Shown here piece after piece: positions 13,767 through 26,239 of a DNA stretch of 64,000 nucleotides. The notes beneath the pieces are model-generated. The model saw only the letters and a program-made list of their open reading frames with translations, was not told where the DNA came from and made no database searches. Origin of the DNA: Eledone cirrhosa (taxonomy: Eukaryota); assembly GCA_964016885.1 (NCBI GenBank), contig OZ024740.1, positions 347,696,001 to 347,760,000 on the forward strand, given 5' to 3'. The translations under genes and the position numbers were made by a program. How positions within the stretch are numbered: position 1 is the first letter of the stretch; every line of letters begins with the position of its first letter.

Positions 13767-14821
13767 TACTGCTAAATACATAATTATGAACCACCCATTC
13801 ATACATATGTTTAAATGGTCATATGGTGTGTGTTCAGATAAGCGGTTTCCTGATACCTGAAATTGTGAGTTTGTAATCTTACTCATTTTTTCGCAATTTC
13901 TTCGTGTTTTATTGTTGCTATTATTATTATTGTTGTACTGTAAAAACGTTTAAGAAATTTAAATAAATGGGGTATAAACTTGTGAAACAACACTTGAAAT
14001 ACTAGATAGGCTGTCTTTTCTTTTTTTCTTTTTAAAGAGTTTCATTTCTTTTTTTAGTTTAATATAGTACAGTACATTATTGTTCGTGAATATTTATGTG
14101 TGGGATACGGGATTGTGTAAAGAGCATATGACCGAACGCGTAAGAGATTCACTTCTTATTTCCATGCTTCCATGTTTGGATCGGCCTAAGACACTTGAAA
14201 CTATATAGCCGGTAACTCTATATTGTGGAAGCCCATTGTGTGGATTCTGCTACATAGAGATACGCTTCATCTGTTTGAATATTACATTTAGATTATACAT
14301 AGACATAGAGAATGCTCAGTCGTATGCCCCATATTACAATGACTACATAATATAGGTAGATATAATTCATTATCATAATGTAATGGTTATGTTACTATTG
14401 TTTAATCATATGTTAGTCCCATTGAATCAGAACTTCGATCAAATCATTGCAGCCGTGATCGCCCCATCATTTTGTCCCACACGTAGAGTAATGCCACTAT
14501 TAATTGTGATGCCACTGTTGATTCTGATACCACTGTTGATTGTAACTGAGTCTCGTTTGGGTACTTTTTTAAGCTGTCTCCGGCTGATACTGATCCACAT
14601 AGCTTTTATGTTGTGGGTCACAGGTGTTGCACGGGTGTCGCTCAAACATGTTGTAGATTCATGTGGGAATTCTCTAACTTTATCACATGCTAGTCTTTGC
14701 AAAATCTTATTTTGACTGCTTTCAAATATTCTGTCTGACTTGAGACAATCTTTGTTTATTTTGTTGGAATTTACACTATGTAATTATTTATATGTATTTT
14801 AGAGATTTTCACTTTTAGCAC

Positions 14822-14834
14822 TAATCATCATCAC

Positions 14835-14890
<56 letters not shown>

Positions 14891-15080
14891 CATGCACCAC
14901 AACCATCATCATCACCACCATCATCATCATCATCATCATCATCATAATCACCACCACTACCACTATAATCATCATCACCGCCATCTTCTCAATCATCATC
15001 ACCATCATCATCACCATCATCATCACCATCATCATCACCATCATCATGATATTCATCATTCCATAATCATCATTATTATT
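14822..15080. repeat. (CAT)n/(CAC)n trinucleotide microsatellite in intron 1
   Basis: Direct reading. Source of the spurious poly-His and poly-Met ORFs. Confidence 0.92.
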
Positions 15081-15082
15081 AT

Positions 15083-15262
15083 TTTGGCAGTATCGGTAGA
15101 GGGTCGGACGCCATGCTTTGACGCATATAGTTACGTCCCTTTATGGTCTGAGTTCAAATCCCGCCGAGGTTAACTTTGCTTTTCATCCTTACAGGGTCGA
15201 TAAAATAATGTACCAGTAATACACTGGGTTATTGCTGACCTTGTGCCAAATGTAGAAACAAT
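15083..15262 (+). mobile_element. tRNA-derived SINE, unit-1 specific, ~100 bp upstream of Kazal exon 2
   Basis: Family consensus. Absent at the homologous site ~36285. Confidence 0.85.
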
Positions 15263-15362
15263 TATTATTATTGCAATACAAATTATAAGAATGAGAAAGC
15301 GGACGATTTTATTTTCAAATTAAAAAAGGTTACTTATAATGTATGGTTTCGTCCATGAACAG

Positions 15363-15495
15363 GAGCTGTCTTGATCACTGCTACAACACAAGACACTCGT
15401 GATTGTGGAGTGTGTCTAGCTGTATATGAACCGGTATGTGGCACTGACGGCAACACTTATTCAAACTACTGCATGTTGAAATTGAGTATTTGCAG
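15363..15495 (+). CDS. Kazal-type protease inhibitor gene 1, exon 2 (AVLITATTQDTRDCGVCLAVYEPVCGTDGNTYSNYCMLKLSIC)
   Basis: Acceptor gaacag|, donor ag|gtaagt. Hand translation gives the Kazal signature C-x7-PVCGTDGxTYxNxC with Cys1-5. P1 (second residue after Cys2) = Ala. Confidence 0.93.
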
Positions 15496-15592
15496 GTAAG
15501 TACAAGATCTTCATATGTAGACGCATACACATTTATGTGGGAGGTGTAGAGGAAAAGTCCCTTTCGATTCACATAAGTAGACAGAAGTTGCA

Positions 15593-15663
<71 letters not shown>

Positions 15664-15884
15664 GAATAAAGTTAATATATCTGAGGGTACAAGGTACCCC
15701 AGGAAATACATAGGTTGTCTATGATTCAAGGTGGTTCTATGGTAATAATTTGATATACCAGAACTTAATATCAAGATATACATATATGATATCAAGATAT
15801 ACATATATGTATGTACGTATACATACCTATATTTAAGTATCAGCCGTACTAAGAGTCAGAAATGAAATTTCGTTTCATTCTTTT

Positions 15885-15924
<40 letters not shown>

Positions 15925-16033
15925 AGATAAGAAGAAGAAGTAAAATTCAACCAATTTTTCAAAATAAATCAAAATTAATTTACAATTAAAATTAATCAAA
16001 ATTAAAAAATATAATATAAATATTTACCTATTC

Positions 16034-16123
16034 AAATGGCCCCTACTGTACAGTTTCACTTTGCAAAACATTAGATATCACATGGATATTAATGGAAAAA
16101 CAAAGATCATCAGAGAAGCATTT
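16034..16123 (-). ncRNA. Hammerhead ribozyme, family B (antisense copy)
   Basis: Reverse complement of 16306-16395 with one stem I difference. Confidence 0.62.
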
Positions 16124-16305
16124 TCCTTTCCTAGGATTAAAAACCTCAGGAACGATAAAATATATGACCTCGTCTCCAACTGACACAGGTCTCAAAGGTC
16201 GTAAAAGTGACCCGTATGTAGGCTGGTGTGAAGTGAAGGCGGGAAATCGTAGACTTGTTGTCTATATATTTTATCGTTCCTGAGGTTTTTAACCCTAGGA
16301 AAGGA

Positions 16306-16395
16306 AAATGCTTCTCTGATGATCTTTGTTTTTCCATTAATATCCATGTGATATCTAATGTTTTGCAAAGTGAAACTGTACAGTAAGGGCCATTT
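16306..16395 (+). ncRNA. Hammerhead ribozyme, family B, extended stem II, sense to Kazal gene 1
   Basis: AAATG-CTTCT [CTGATGA] T-CTTTG...CATTAATATC-CATGT-GATATCTAATG...CAAAG-T [GAAA] CTGTACAG-TA AGGG-C-CATTT. Palindromic stem III ACTGTACAGT, GUA site. Confidence 0.68.
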
Positions 16396-16504
16396 GAACA
16401 GGTAAATATTTATATTATATTTTTTAATTTTGATTAATTTTAATTGTAAATTAATTTTGATTTATTTTGAAAAATTGGTTGAATCTTACTTCTTCTGCTT
16501 ATCT

Positions 16505-16548
<44 letters not shown>

Positions 16549-16550
<2 letters not shown>

Positions 16551-17925
16551 AAAAGAATGAAACGAAATTTCATTTCTGACTCTTAGTACGGCTGATACTT
16601 AAATATAGGTATGTATACGTACATACATATATGTATACAGACGTACAGTTGTATATATATATATATACATACATGCACACATATATATATGTACATATGG
16701 GTTTACCGAACATTTATTATAATATTCAGTTTGTTTGTAAACAAACAGCCCGAATTAAGCCGTACAGTGTTCGGCAACCATCGTTCAACACTGACAAAGG
16801 AACGATGAACTAGTTTCAAGCTTATTAGCTATCGTCAGCATCGTATACCTTCCTATCAGATGATTGAACCTTTGAAAGTATCTACTTTCCTTATGCATAT
16901 TAACGCCTGAGCTGCGTAATTTGCATATCGAGTGAGTTAGTCGGCCGGGCGTACCGAAAACGATAAATAGAAAAGAATGAAACGTAATTTCATTTCTCAT
17001 TCTTAGTACAGCTGATACTTAAATAGAAGTATCTATACGTACATACATATATGTATACAGACGTACAGTAGTATGTATATATATATATACATACATGCAC
17101 ACATATATATATGTACGTATGGGTTTAGCGGACATTTATTATAATGCTCGGTTTGTTTGTAAACAAACAACCCGAATTACGCCGTACAGTGTTCAGGCAA
17201 CCATCGTCACCTTTTTGTTCAACACTGACACAGGAACGATGTACTTGTTTAAAAGCTTATTAGCTATCGTCAACATCGTATACCTTTCTGTCGGATGGTT
17301 GAACGTTTGAAAGTATATACTTTCCTTATGCATATTAACGACTGAGCAGCCTAATTTGCATATCGATTGAGTTAGTCGGCCGGGCGCACCGAAAACGATA
17401 AATGGAAAAGAATGAAACGAAATTTCATTTCTCACTCTTAGTACGGTTGGTACTTAATTGTAAATGTAAGTATGTATGTATACGTACATACATATATTTA
17501 TACAGACGTACAGTAGTATGTATATATATACATACATGCACACACATATATATATGTACGTATGGGTTTACCGAACATTTATTATAATGCTCGGTTTGTT
17601 TGTAAACAAACAACCCGAATTACGCCATACAGTGTTCAGGCAACCATCGTCACCTTTTTGTTCAACACTGAAACAGGAACGATGTACTAGTTTCAAGCTT
17701 ATTAGCTATCGTCAGCATCGTATACCTTTCTATCAGATGGTTGAACGTCTAAAAGTATATACTTTCCTTATGCATATTAACGGCTGAGCAGCCTAATTTG
17801 CATATCGAGTAAGTTAGTCGGCCGGGAGTACCGAAAACGATAAATGGAAAAGAATGAAACGAAATTTCATTTCTCGCTCTTAGTACGGTTGGTACTTAAA
17901 TGTAAGTATGTATGTATACATATAT
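16549..17925 (+). repeat. ~430-bp tandem repeat, ~3.2 copies, intron 2 of Kazal gene 1
   Basis: Unit start GGAAAAGAATGAAACG(A/T)AATTTCATTTCT at ~16549, 16969, 17404 and 17845. Absent from gene 2. Confidence 0.88.
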
Positions 17926-18247
17926 ATATAGGTGTCTTACGGTATTCGTGTGGTTTACGTTCTTGGAGCACCCACGAAGAGTGAAAAACAGCGAATATTG
18001 GACGTGGTCCATAAAATGCCTATAAACATCACAATATAACGTATAATTTAAAAACAAGTGGTGTCGTCTTATGCGAAGGGGCGGCCAATAGAGCGGTATA
18101 TTGTTATTAATAATTTAGCGCTAAAATATATATATTTTTCAAAAACATTTTATATTTTTTAAAAACATTTATTTTGTATGTGTATATGTGTGTGTGACCA
18201 TGGGCATATAATCATGTTACCGTTTGTGGCTTTTTTTTTTATTACAG

Positions 18248-18299
18248 AGGCACAACATTGCCGAATGTCGTAAAGAAACATGATGGTATTTGCAAATGA
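18248..18299 (+). CDS. Kazal-type protease inhibitor gene 1, exon 3 (R-GTTLPNVVKKHDGICK-stop)
   Basis: Poly-T tract plus tacag| acceptor. Phase 2 matches exon 2. Supplies the Kazal C-terminal HxGxC (Cys6). TGA at 18297-18299, followed by AATAAA signals. Confidence 0.88.
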
Positions 18300-18344
18300 A
18301 ACGCCTGCCAATATCCGTGAACATTTTCGAAGTTGAGATATATA

Positions 18345-18367
18345 AATAAAAAGAATGAATAAATAAA
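18345..18367 (+). promoter_or_regulatory. Polyadenylation signals (AATAAA cluster) of Kazal gene 1
   Basis: AATAAA at 18345 and overlapping copies at 18358-18367, ~50-70 nt after the stop, followed by a T-rich tract. Conserved at 38059-38082. Confidence 0.55.
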
Positions 18368-19835
18368 CTGCTTTTGTTCTTTCTAAATCTAAGTAACATT
18401 TATCTATTTGCAAATTGCGTTTAAAATATCATAAAGTAATACGTTAAAGGACAAATAAAAAGGAAGATAGAAATGTGGGATGGGAAAGCTCTACGTTCTT
18501 GGACAAGTTGACAAAAGCGTTGCTTTGGAGAAAATTTAAGAGAACCAACTTCATCAGCTATTTCACCTCAGGAGGCTCCTTACTCAGTTATGGTGCACTC
18601 GTTCCAATATTGCGGGGTAAACAACTGTCCGGGAACATCAAAGAGATCAATGGCGGCTTGCACAAAAGTGAAATGGTCAGGTAATGCCTAATATTTATTG
18701 AGTCCCCCCCCCCCCTCTTCGTTGTGAACCTTAAATTTGGGGCCGAAGTGATTAGAGTTGCATTGAAGAGATGGGACGTTCTAGGTGAGGGATTTACCTC
18801 CCTGAAACGGGAAAATGGTAGTCTCATTAAGCCAAGACACACGGTAACTCGGATATGATGTTTACTCAACGTGAAATGTGAAGTAAACTGGAAAGTGGTA
18901 CCTGAGATATTCAGAGTATTCTGACAAGAGAAATTCAGCAAAGTTAAAGTAAAATTCAGGTTCCATAATAGGAGACATTATAACACCAAATAAAGACAGC
19001 GTCGTATTATTACAAGGAATAGATGTAACAAAACAAAAATAAGTATCAGTGGGGTTAATTGAAATTACGAATCCTTTTGTGTCGTTGATGATAGAATTTG
19101 TACATAATTAGGCAACATACAGACATACACGATGGCTGCAAACTCTGCTAAGAGTATTACAATCGCATGTCAGATTACAGAGTTCATTGCACTTTTAGGC
19201 TACGGCCAGCCATACGAACCCGTAACAGATTCTCCACAAGTGAAGCCTGCGCTTTGAAGGTTTTTTTTAAGTGAGTAAAGGCTTGCACTAGACCAATCCC
19301 ACTCTCTGAGCATCGAAAAAACTACCCGATAAGCAGAACTGGTCAACATCATCAGATGCTTCCGAAGCTGCAGATTTTTTTTCAGAGTTTCCCTCTCTTA
19401 AAAAGGTATTATGACAACAACTGGGGTGTTACACACCCACGAGAAAAAAAAGTACTAGTTGGATGGCCGTTGACACCAAATATCCCCCTGCTCACCAAGC
19501 AAGCGTGCTGAGGTTGCCGGATTAGTCTCAGACGTCCCAACACTGAGACAGGTAGTACTGGGTTACATGTTACTAGTAGCACTCGAGAGAGACCTAATAT
19601 ACAGACACACACAGACACACACACACACACACACACATACAATGGGAGATTAATTCTGGTATAAATTTGATACTTGAAAAGAGAAAAAAACATGACAATA
19701 TTAAAAAAAAAACAAAGAAAGAAACTCTGCTAACGAGGATATCGTTGGAGACGTCTACGACCAATTAAAAACCCTATATCTTGTGTAAACAAAAACAAAA
19801 CAGCTACACTCCTCATCAACAGAGAGAGAGAGAAG

Positions 19836-19929
<94 letters not shown>

Positions 19930-20899
19930 AAATAGAAATGTATCACTTATGATGTCACAGATGTTTACGAAAGAACTCTGAGAGACTATATTTATATCTA
20001 TATTTGGTCAATTAATGATAAACATTGATTGCTAGCTGAATTAACCATAGAGATATTAAATATACTGAAACGAAACCCAGCCCAAACCAAACAGTAAGTG
20101 TGTTTCAATATATATTTCTGGCAATATTATAACAACATCACCCTCCCCAAATACAACAATATTTGTTTCAATATATTTGTTTCAACGATTACATATCAAA
20201 AACCTTGCAAAACAAATTCATCGCCGATATTTGGAGAGAGTGCAAGTAAAACTTTTCAATACAAGTTGATCACCCTGACACAAGAATTGAGAGTTGTCAG
20301 CGAGAAACTCCGATATAGGGAACAGAGGTATTGGAAGGAAATCAGTCTATAGATCTGAGATGCAAATCAATAAATCTCAATGAGACATCGTACCAAGGAA
20401 ATAGATTCATTCTAGAGGAAATATGGGGTGAGAAAAAGAATGTCAACCAAGATGCAATGTGGTTAAAAGATCTCCGAACGAACTATTAGCCCTGCCTTAT
20501 ACCAAACATTTACAGCATCATGATACACTTGGGTCTGTGTCTGAAAATCTTCAAGGTAACAAAGCACAAGGAAGAGATTTGATCGTCGGCTATTGGTACG
20601 AAATGTGACATTCTATCGGGTGTATCTTATCAACCTCTACCAATAAACTATCTATGTTTGATATTAGCAGAGATGAGATTGATTCTCCAAAATAAAAATA
20701 CCTACTTAGCAAATCGACTCGTGACAACGTACATGGTGAAGAGGTTATAATAAGGATACTGGCAGGCCAAAGGGATTGGTAGAAATAGCAGCCCGTTTGG
20801 TCTAAAATAAAGCAGTTGTACTAAAATATAATGCTAGTAGCAGAAGTACTTAAGATTTTGATTAATACATATTGATGTTTTTTTACACTTGAATTAGTG

Positions 20900-20994
<95 letters not shown>

Positions 20995-20999
20995 ATATG

Positions 21000-21068
<69 letters not shown>

Positions 21069-21073
21069 ATATA

Positions 21074-21108
<35 letters not shown>

Positions 21109-21140
21109 TCACACGCACACATGTATACATATATATATAT

Positions 21141-21176
<36 letters not shown>

Positions 21177-21302
21177 TAGTATCAGTACTGTGAAATACCG
21201 ATGTCTGTATAGTATATTTAATAATATACTGTATGTTTATTTAAACATATTTTGAAGAGCATTCGCTATGAGTTTTTAAGTCACTTACTTAGTCTTGGCA
21301 AA

Positions 21303-21405
<103 letters not shown>

Positions 21406-22305
21406 ATATATGTATAAGGAAGCAACCTTAGATAACCCTGACACACGGTACTAGAGCCAGCTTCCGGCCTTATGTTTAGATTGATCCTATTTAACTCTGA
21501 TTTCGCCACATTCGCCGAAATGAGCAAAAGGAGGATTCTTTAGAGCAAAGGTTCTCAACCCATTTCTGCCAAACGCCCCCTTTCGCCCCTCGAAATCACG
21601 AAAGGCCTATTTTTTCATTTTTCAATATACTACTGATTTTGATATCAGTAGCTTACTGGGCCAAATCAAGTTATGTTAGAATCTTTAAAAAAATCTTTAT
21701 AAAATACTCGTACGAATTAAATCCAAAAAGGTTTCAGTCTAAAACAAAAGCAAGCTATTTCAAATTATATATTTTTGATAAATAGACGTGAATGTTCTCA
21801 AAGATTTGATCTCTGTCGAAAAAGCTTGTTTTTTTTTAAATTCTATATTTCACTGTTAGCTGTTGTAACATTTTAAGTGGATAGACAATTCTACAATTCA
21901 AACTGTAAAGTCAAAATACGAAAGATGCAAAATATGAAGAATTTCTTACCTTTCTCTGGAATCACAAACTCAAGGGAAAAATAGTACCTTGGGAAATAAA
22001 GTGCCTCGATCACAAACTTAGTTGCAACGAATGAATTGAGATGCTTAGTGACAGTGAGTAAACAATATCTGTATTCCTTTTATATGTATATATATATATA
22101 TATATACATAGATAGATACACACACACATATATACGTGCAAGCAAGCGCACACACACACACACAGACTTGTGTGTGTGTGTGTGTGCGTTCTTTATGCTA
22201 CAAGAAGAATTTTCTCTCCAGTTTTTATTGCCGAGTCAAAGGCCACTGCGCTTTTCAACAACGTCAAATAACAACGCCAAATATATATATATATAAAGAG
22301 AGAGA

Positions 22306-22359
<54 letters not shown>

Positions 22360-22860
22360 GAGAGAGAGAGAGAGAAACTGAGAGAGTAAGGAATGTGTGT
22401 GTGTGCGTGTGTTTGGTACACGTCTATCTATTTATCCATCTATCTCTCCAACAGGCGGCTCAAACATGCGGCCCGCGAACTACTTTTCTATGGCCCGTGG
22501 TAGAACCAATATCTCAGATTCCATTATAACTGGCGAAAATAAGGCGGTGAGCTGGTGGAATCGTTAGCACATCTGGCGAAATGCTTAGCGGTACTTCTTC
22601 CGTTTTTACGTTCCGAGTTCAAATTCCGCCGATCTCAACTTTGCCTTTCATCCTTTTGGAGTCGATAAATTAAGTACCAGTGGTGAACTGAGATTCATGT
22701 AATCGACGGGACCCTAAACCTCAAATTCCATGCCTTGTGTCTATAGTAGAAATAATTATACCTGGTAAAAATCACCACCCACCACCACGTTTGGCCCACT
22801 GTGCCTCTCATCCAGGACGTAATGGCCCTTTTATGTCCTTGAATTTGAGACCCCTCTTCT

Positions 22861-22903
<43 letters not shown>

Positions 22904-23147
22904 CACTTTACTTTTTTTCTGTCTCTGGACATCACCTTGGTAAGTTATGGGGACGTCAACAAACCAACAAGTATTGGTGGGAGTGCAAACACAAACGCAA
23001 AGACACACACCGACATATATACATATATACGACGTGCTTCTTTTAGTTTCGGTCTATCAATTCCATTCACAGGGCTTTGGTCGGCCCGGGCAGTGGGACT
23101 GAACCCGGAAACATGTGGTTGGGAAGCAGCTTCTTGTCACACTGCGC

Positions 23148-23285
<138 letters not shown>

Positions 23286-23412
23286 CAGGGGCGAAAGGTG
23301 CGTGCATGCAACGCATACAGTGCATGGGTTATAGAATCTTAAGTTGATCAATTGCGTCGGTTGAAGCAAGCAGAATTTTGGCTGCTTACTAAATCGTAGA
23401 AACAAATAGATA

Positions 23413-23502
<90 letters not shown>

Positions 23503-23870
23503 AAAAATATGGGGAGAAGAATACTGCATGGTTGCACATGGATTACATATTATAAAATTAGTCCCTCATCAGTGATTTGCCAACGATCATTGGTATTTCA
23601 TCGCATTAAAAATCATATACCTCACGTTGGTGCGAGCAATAACTAAAATAAGTTATTGGGACAAGTGAAACGCGTAAAGCGAGTGAGACAAGTAAACAAC
23701 ACCGGAGAAAGGCTAACCGAAGATGGGAAGAAAACAAGCAACATGGTTATTCGATCAGCATAAACTGGGTGAATTCAAAGCGTGAGCAAACAGACCTTTC
23801 GCTGTGAATCGGATGTAAGAAAGAAAGATCCGACCCCTAGCGAACGGGAGGAAGTGAGAAGATGAAAAAC

Positions 23871-23903
<33 letters not shown>

Positions 23904-24068
23904 GAAACACACGACAGCGTCGTTTGAAGCAAGCAGAATTTTGGCTGCTTGCTAAACCGTAGACACATAAAAAGATAACCCACACACACACACACACACA
24001 AACACACGACAGTTGAAGCAAGCAAATTGTGGCTACTCACTAGATCGTAGATAGATAAAAAGTTAACT

Positions 24069-24101
<33 letters not shown>

Positions 24102-24805
24102 ATATACACACACTAGATAACACTACATGCGGCTTTGACCGGGAGGGTCATTTAGAGGGTATGGTGGGGGTAAGGCTGCACAGACCCACTTTCCGCAATG
24201 GCGATTGGACTGCATGCGCTGCTTTCCATGTTACCCTTCGCCACTGGTGTATTGGGGTATGTGTGTGTGTGTATTATCAAATTGACAATGAAAATAAAAA
24301 GAACAAAGTCAAGTTACTTTATAACTTTGTTTTTATTTTGTTGTTTTTTTTATTTGTATTTTTAATTTAATACCTAATATCTGACTCTGTATCTAAAGAA
24401 TTAATTCAGCGAAACACAGAACTTCTCTATGGATTTTGCAAAATTACATTGCGTTCTATCTACGGTACCGACCCTACTACCAGAGGTAGAACAGACTGAA
24501 AAAAGAAAAAATATATATATGTATGTGTGTCTGTGTGTGTATAATATATATATATATAAATCTACATACATATATACATACATACATTTACGTATGTATA
24601 TAGCTATGCATTTATACATCTGTATATATACATGCATTTATATATGTGTGTAAGGATATTGACGTAATTTTTTTTTTTTTTGTAAGGAGAGAATTTTGAC
24701 TCCAGATTTTATTACCTAGGGAGATTAAATACCATAGCATTTCAACCTCATCAAACACCAACGCTGGCCTATGTGTGTGTATATGTATGTGTGTATGTAT
24801 GTATG

Positions 24806-26190
24806 TTCTTCCGGTTATATAATTTCACAAAGTTTTACCAATAGAGAGGGAGTCGGTTTCTAACATAGACACAAGACTCTCTCATTGGAATTTACACATC
24901 AACTAGGTAGATATGTATGTATGCATGCATGTGTAGATATGGATGTTATTGTATGTGTGGATGTGGATGAGTTGAGTTGTATGTGTGCATGTGTATAACT
25001 TTGCATCTGTACATGTGTATATGCAGTTATTAGATGCAACATTTTTGGAATGTTTTACATATTTTTATTGTTCCATTAATGGATTGTACTTGTAGTTTCC
25101 TAACTAGTTGTGTTCTTTCTGTTCCTGTGAAACCTAGCTTCTCAAGATTGGTATTGAGGCAGTTACTAACATATCCCAGTGCCCCAGCAATTACAGGCAT
25201 AAATCTGAAGGTGTAATCAGGGTGGAGTATCTGCAGATTTCTCATCAGTTCTGCATAAATATTCTCCTTTTCACTAATCTTTGTTATTATATTGGCATCT
25301 GCTGGGCAGCTAATTTCCACTACTGTTCATGTTTTCTTCTCCCTGTCCAATATCATAATATCTGGTCTGTTATGCCTGCATTTTATTGGGGTTTTTACTG
25401 GAACATTGCACCAGTACTCTTTCATATTATGTACATGGATGTCTGACACATTGTTGTAGCTTTTAATGTGTTTATTATCGGGGCTATCTTTTTTACGAAC
25501 TGCATTGTACAGTGTTTTGGCTACTACATCATGCCTTATTGGTAGATAGTACCGCGATGACATCTTTGGACAGCTGCTGATGACATGGGTGATATCCTCG
25601 ATGTTAGTTCTGCAGAGTCTGTACTTGTTATCACATCTAGGTGTTTTGCCTGCATCCCTATCTCTTTTGTGAATCAGGTATTTCGTGCTAATCTGTTCTT
25701 GGATTGCAAAAGCGTATCCTTCAAAGTGGGAGCCAATATAGCGGTTGTTGGTCCAAGATAGACTACTTTCCTTATCTATATTACTCTCACTCTGGAGCTT
25801 CCTGGCAACATATCCATGCATGATTTTTTGCTGATAGGCATGCAGTTTTTCATCTATGGATTCACTGCGATACTGCTGAGTGACATCCCTGTGTGTGAGT
25901 TTTTGATTATCACACAGGGAATATCTCTCAAGGAATTCCTTCCCAACTCTAATGATCTTATCTGTTTCATGCAGATTGACTTGCTCGAGGAGCGGGCTCC
26001 TACGCTTCGAGGTTCGTAGATGTTGTCGGAAAGATATGATGCGACATTCAAATGATGTCTGGACTGATGTTAGGCCGCTGCCTCCTCGCTTACGTTTCAA
26101 GTAAAGGCGGTCTATGTCACTGTTGATGTGGAAGTTTCCGGTGTTCTTCAGTATTTTTCGAGTTCCAACATCAACTGCTCGGATTTCGTA
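24806..26190 (-). mobile_element. 5'-truncated R4/Dong-like LINE (unit-2 paralogue of 7108-8490)
   Basis: ORF 25327..26274 with CCHC-type knuckle, RHD and RPDI motifs. ORF 25030..25320 EISCP. Confidence 0.85.
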
Positions 26191-26239
26191 TGTATGTATG
26201 TATATACACATGTACATATGAATGTATATGTCTATATAC

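Larger units (their letters stand above)
15806..16632. repeat. Fold-back inverted repeat (~360-bp arms, ~95-bp spacer) in intron 2 of Kazal gene 1
   Basis: 15806-16165 is the reverse complement of 16263-16632. The same ORF start MEKQRSSEKHF appears on both strands. Confidence 0.9.

Noticed and set aside
14439-14702. Minus-strand ORF with INSGI(T/R) repeats, also at 35729..36019
   Set aside because: An 18-bp mini-tandem in intron 1. Conservation is explained by the recent duplication, and there is no recognisable domain.
14799-15173. Poly-His / poly-Met ORFs
   Set aside because: (CAT)n microsatellite running into a SINE. Not conserved in frame in unit 2, and intronic to the Kazal gene.
16549-17925. 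Regularly spaced repeats as a CRISPR-like array
   Set aside because: Whole ~430-bp units are repeated with no unique spacers, in a eukaryotic context with no cas genes.
18572-18680. Exon-like segment cag|GAGGCT...TCAG|gtaatg encoding ...FQYCGVNNCPG...
   Set aside because: The paralogue at ~38768 has an in-frame TAA, loses a Cys and has an altered donor. No partner exons were found.
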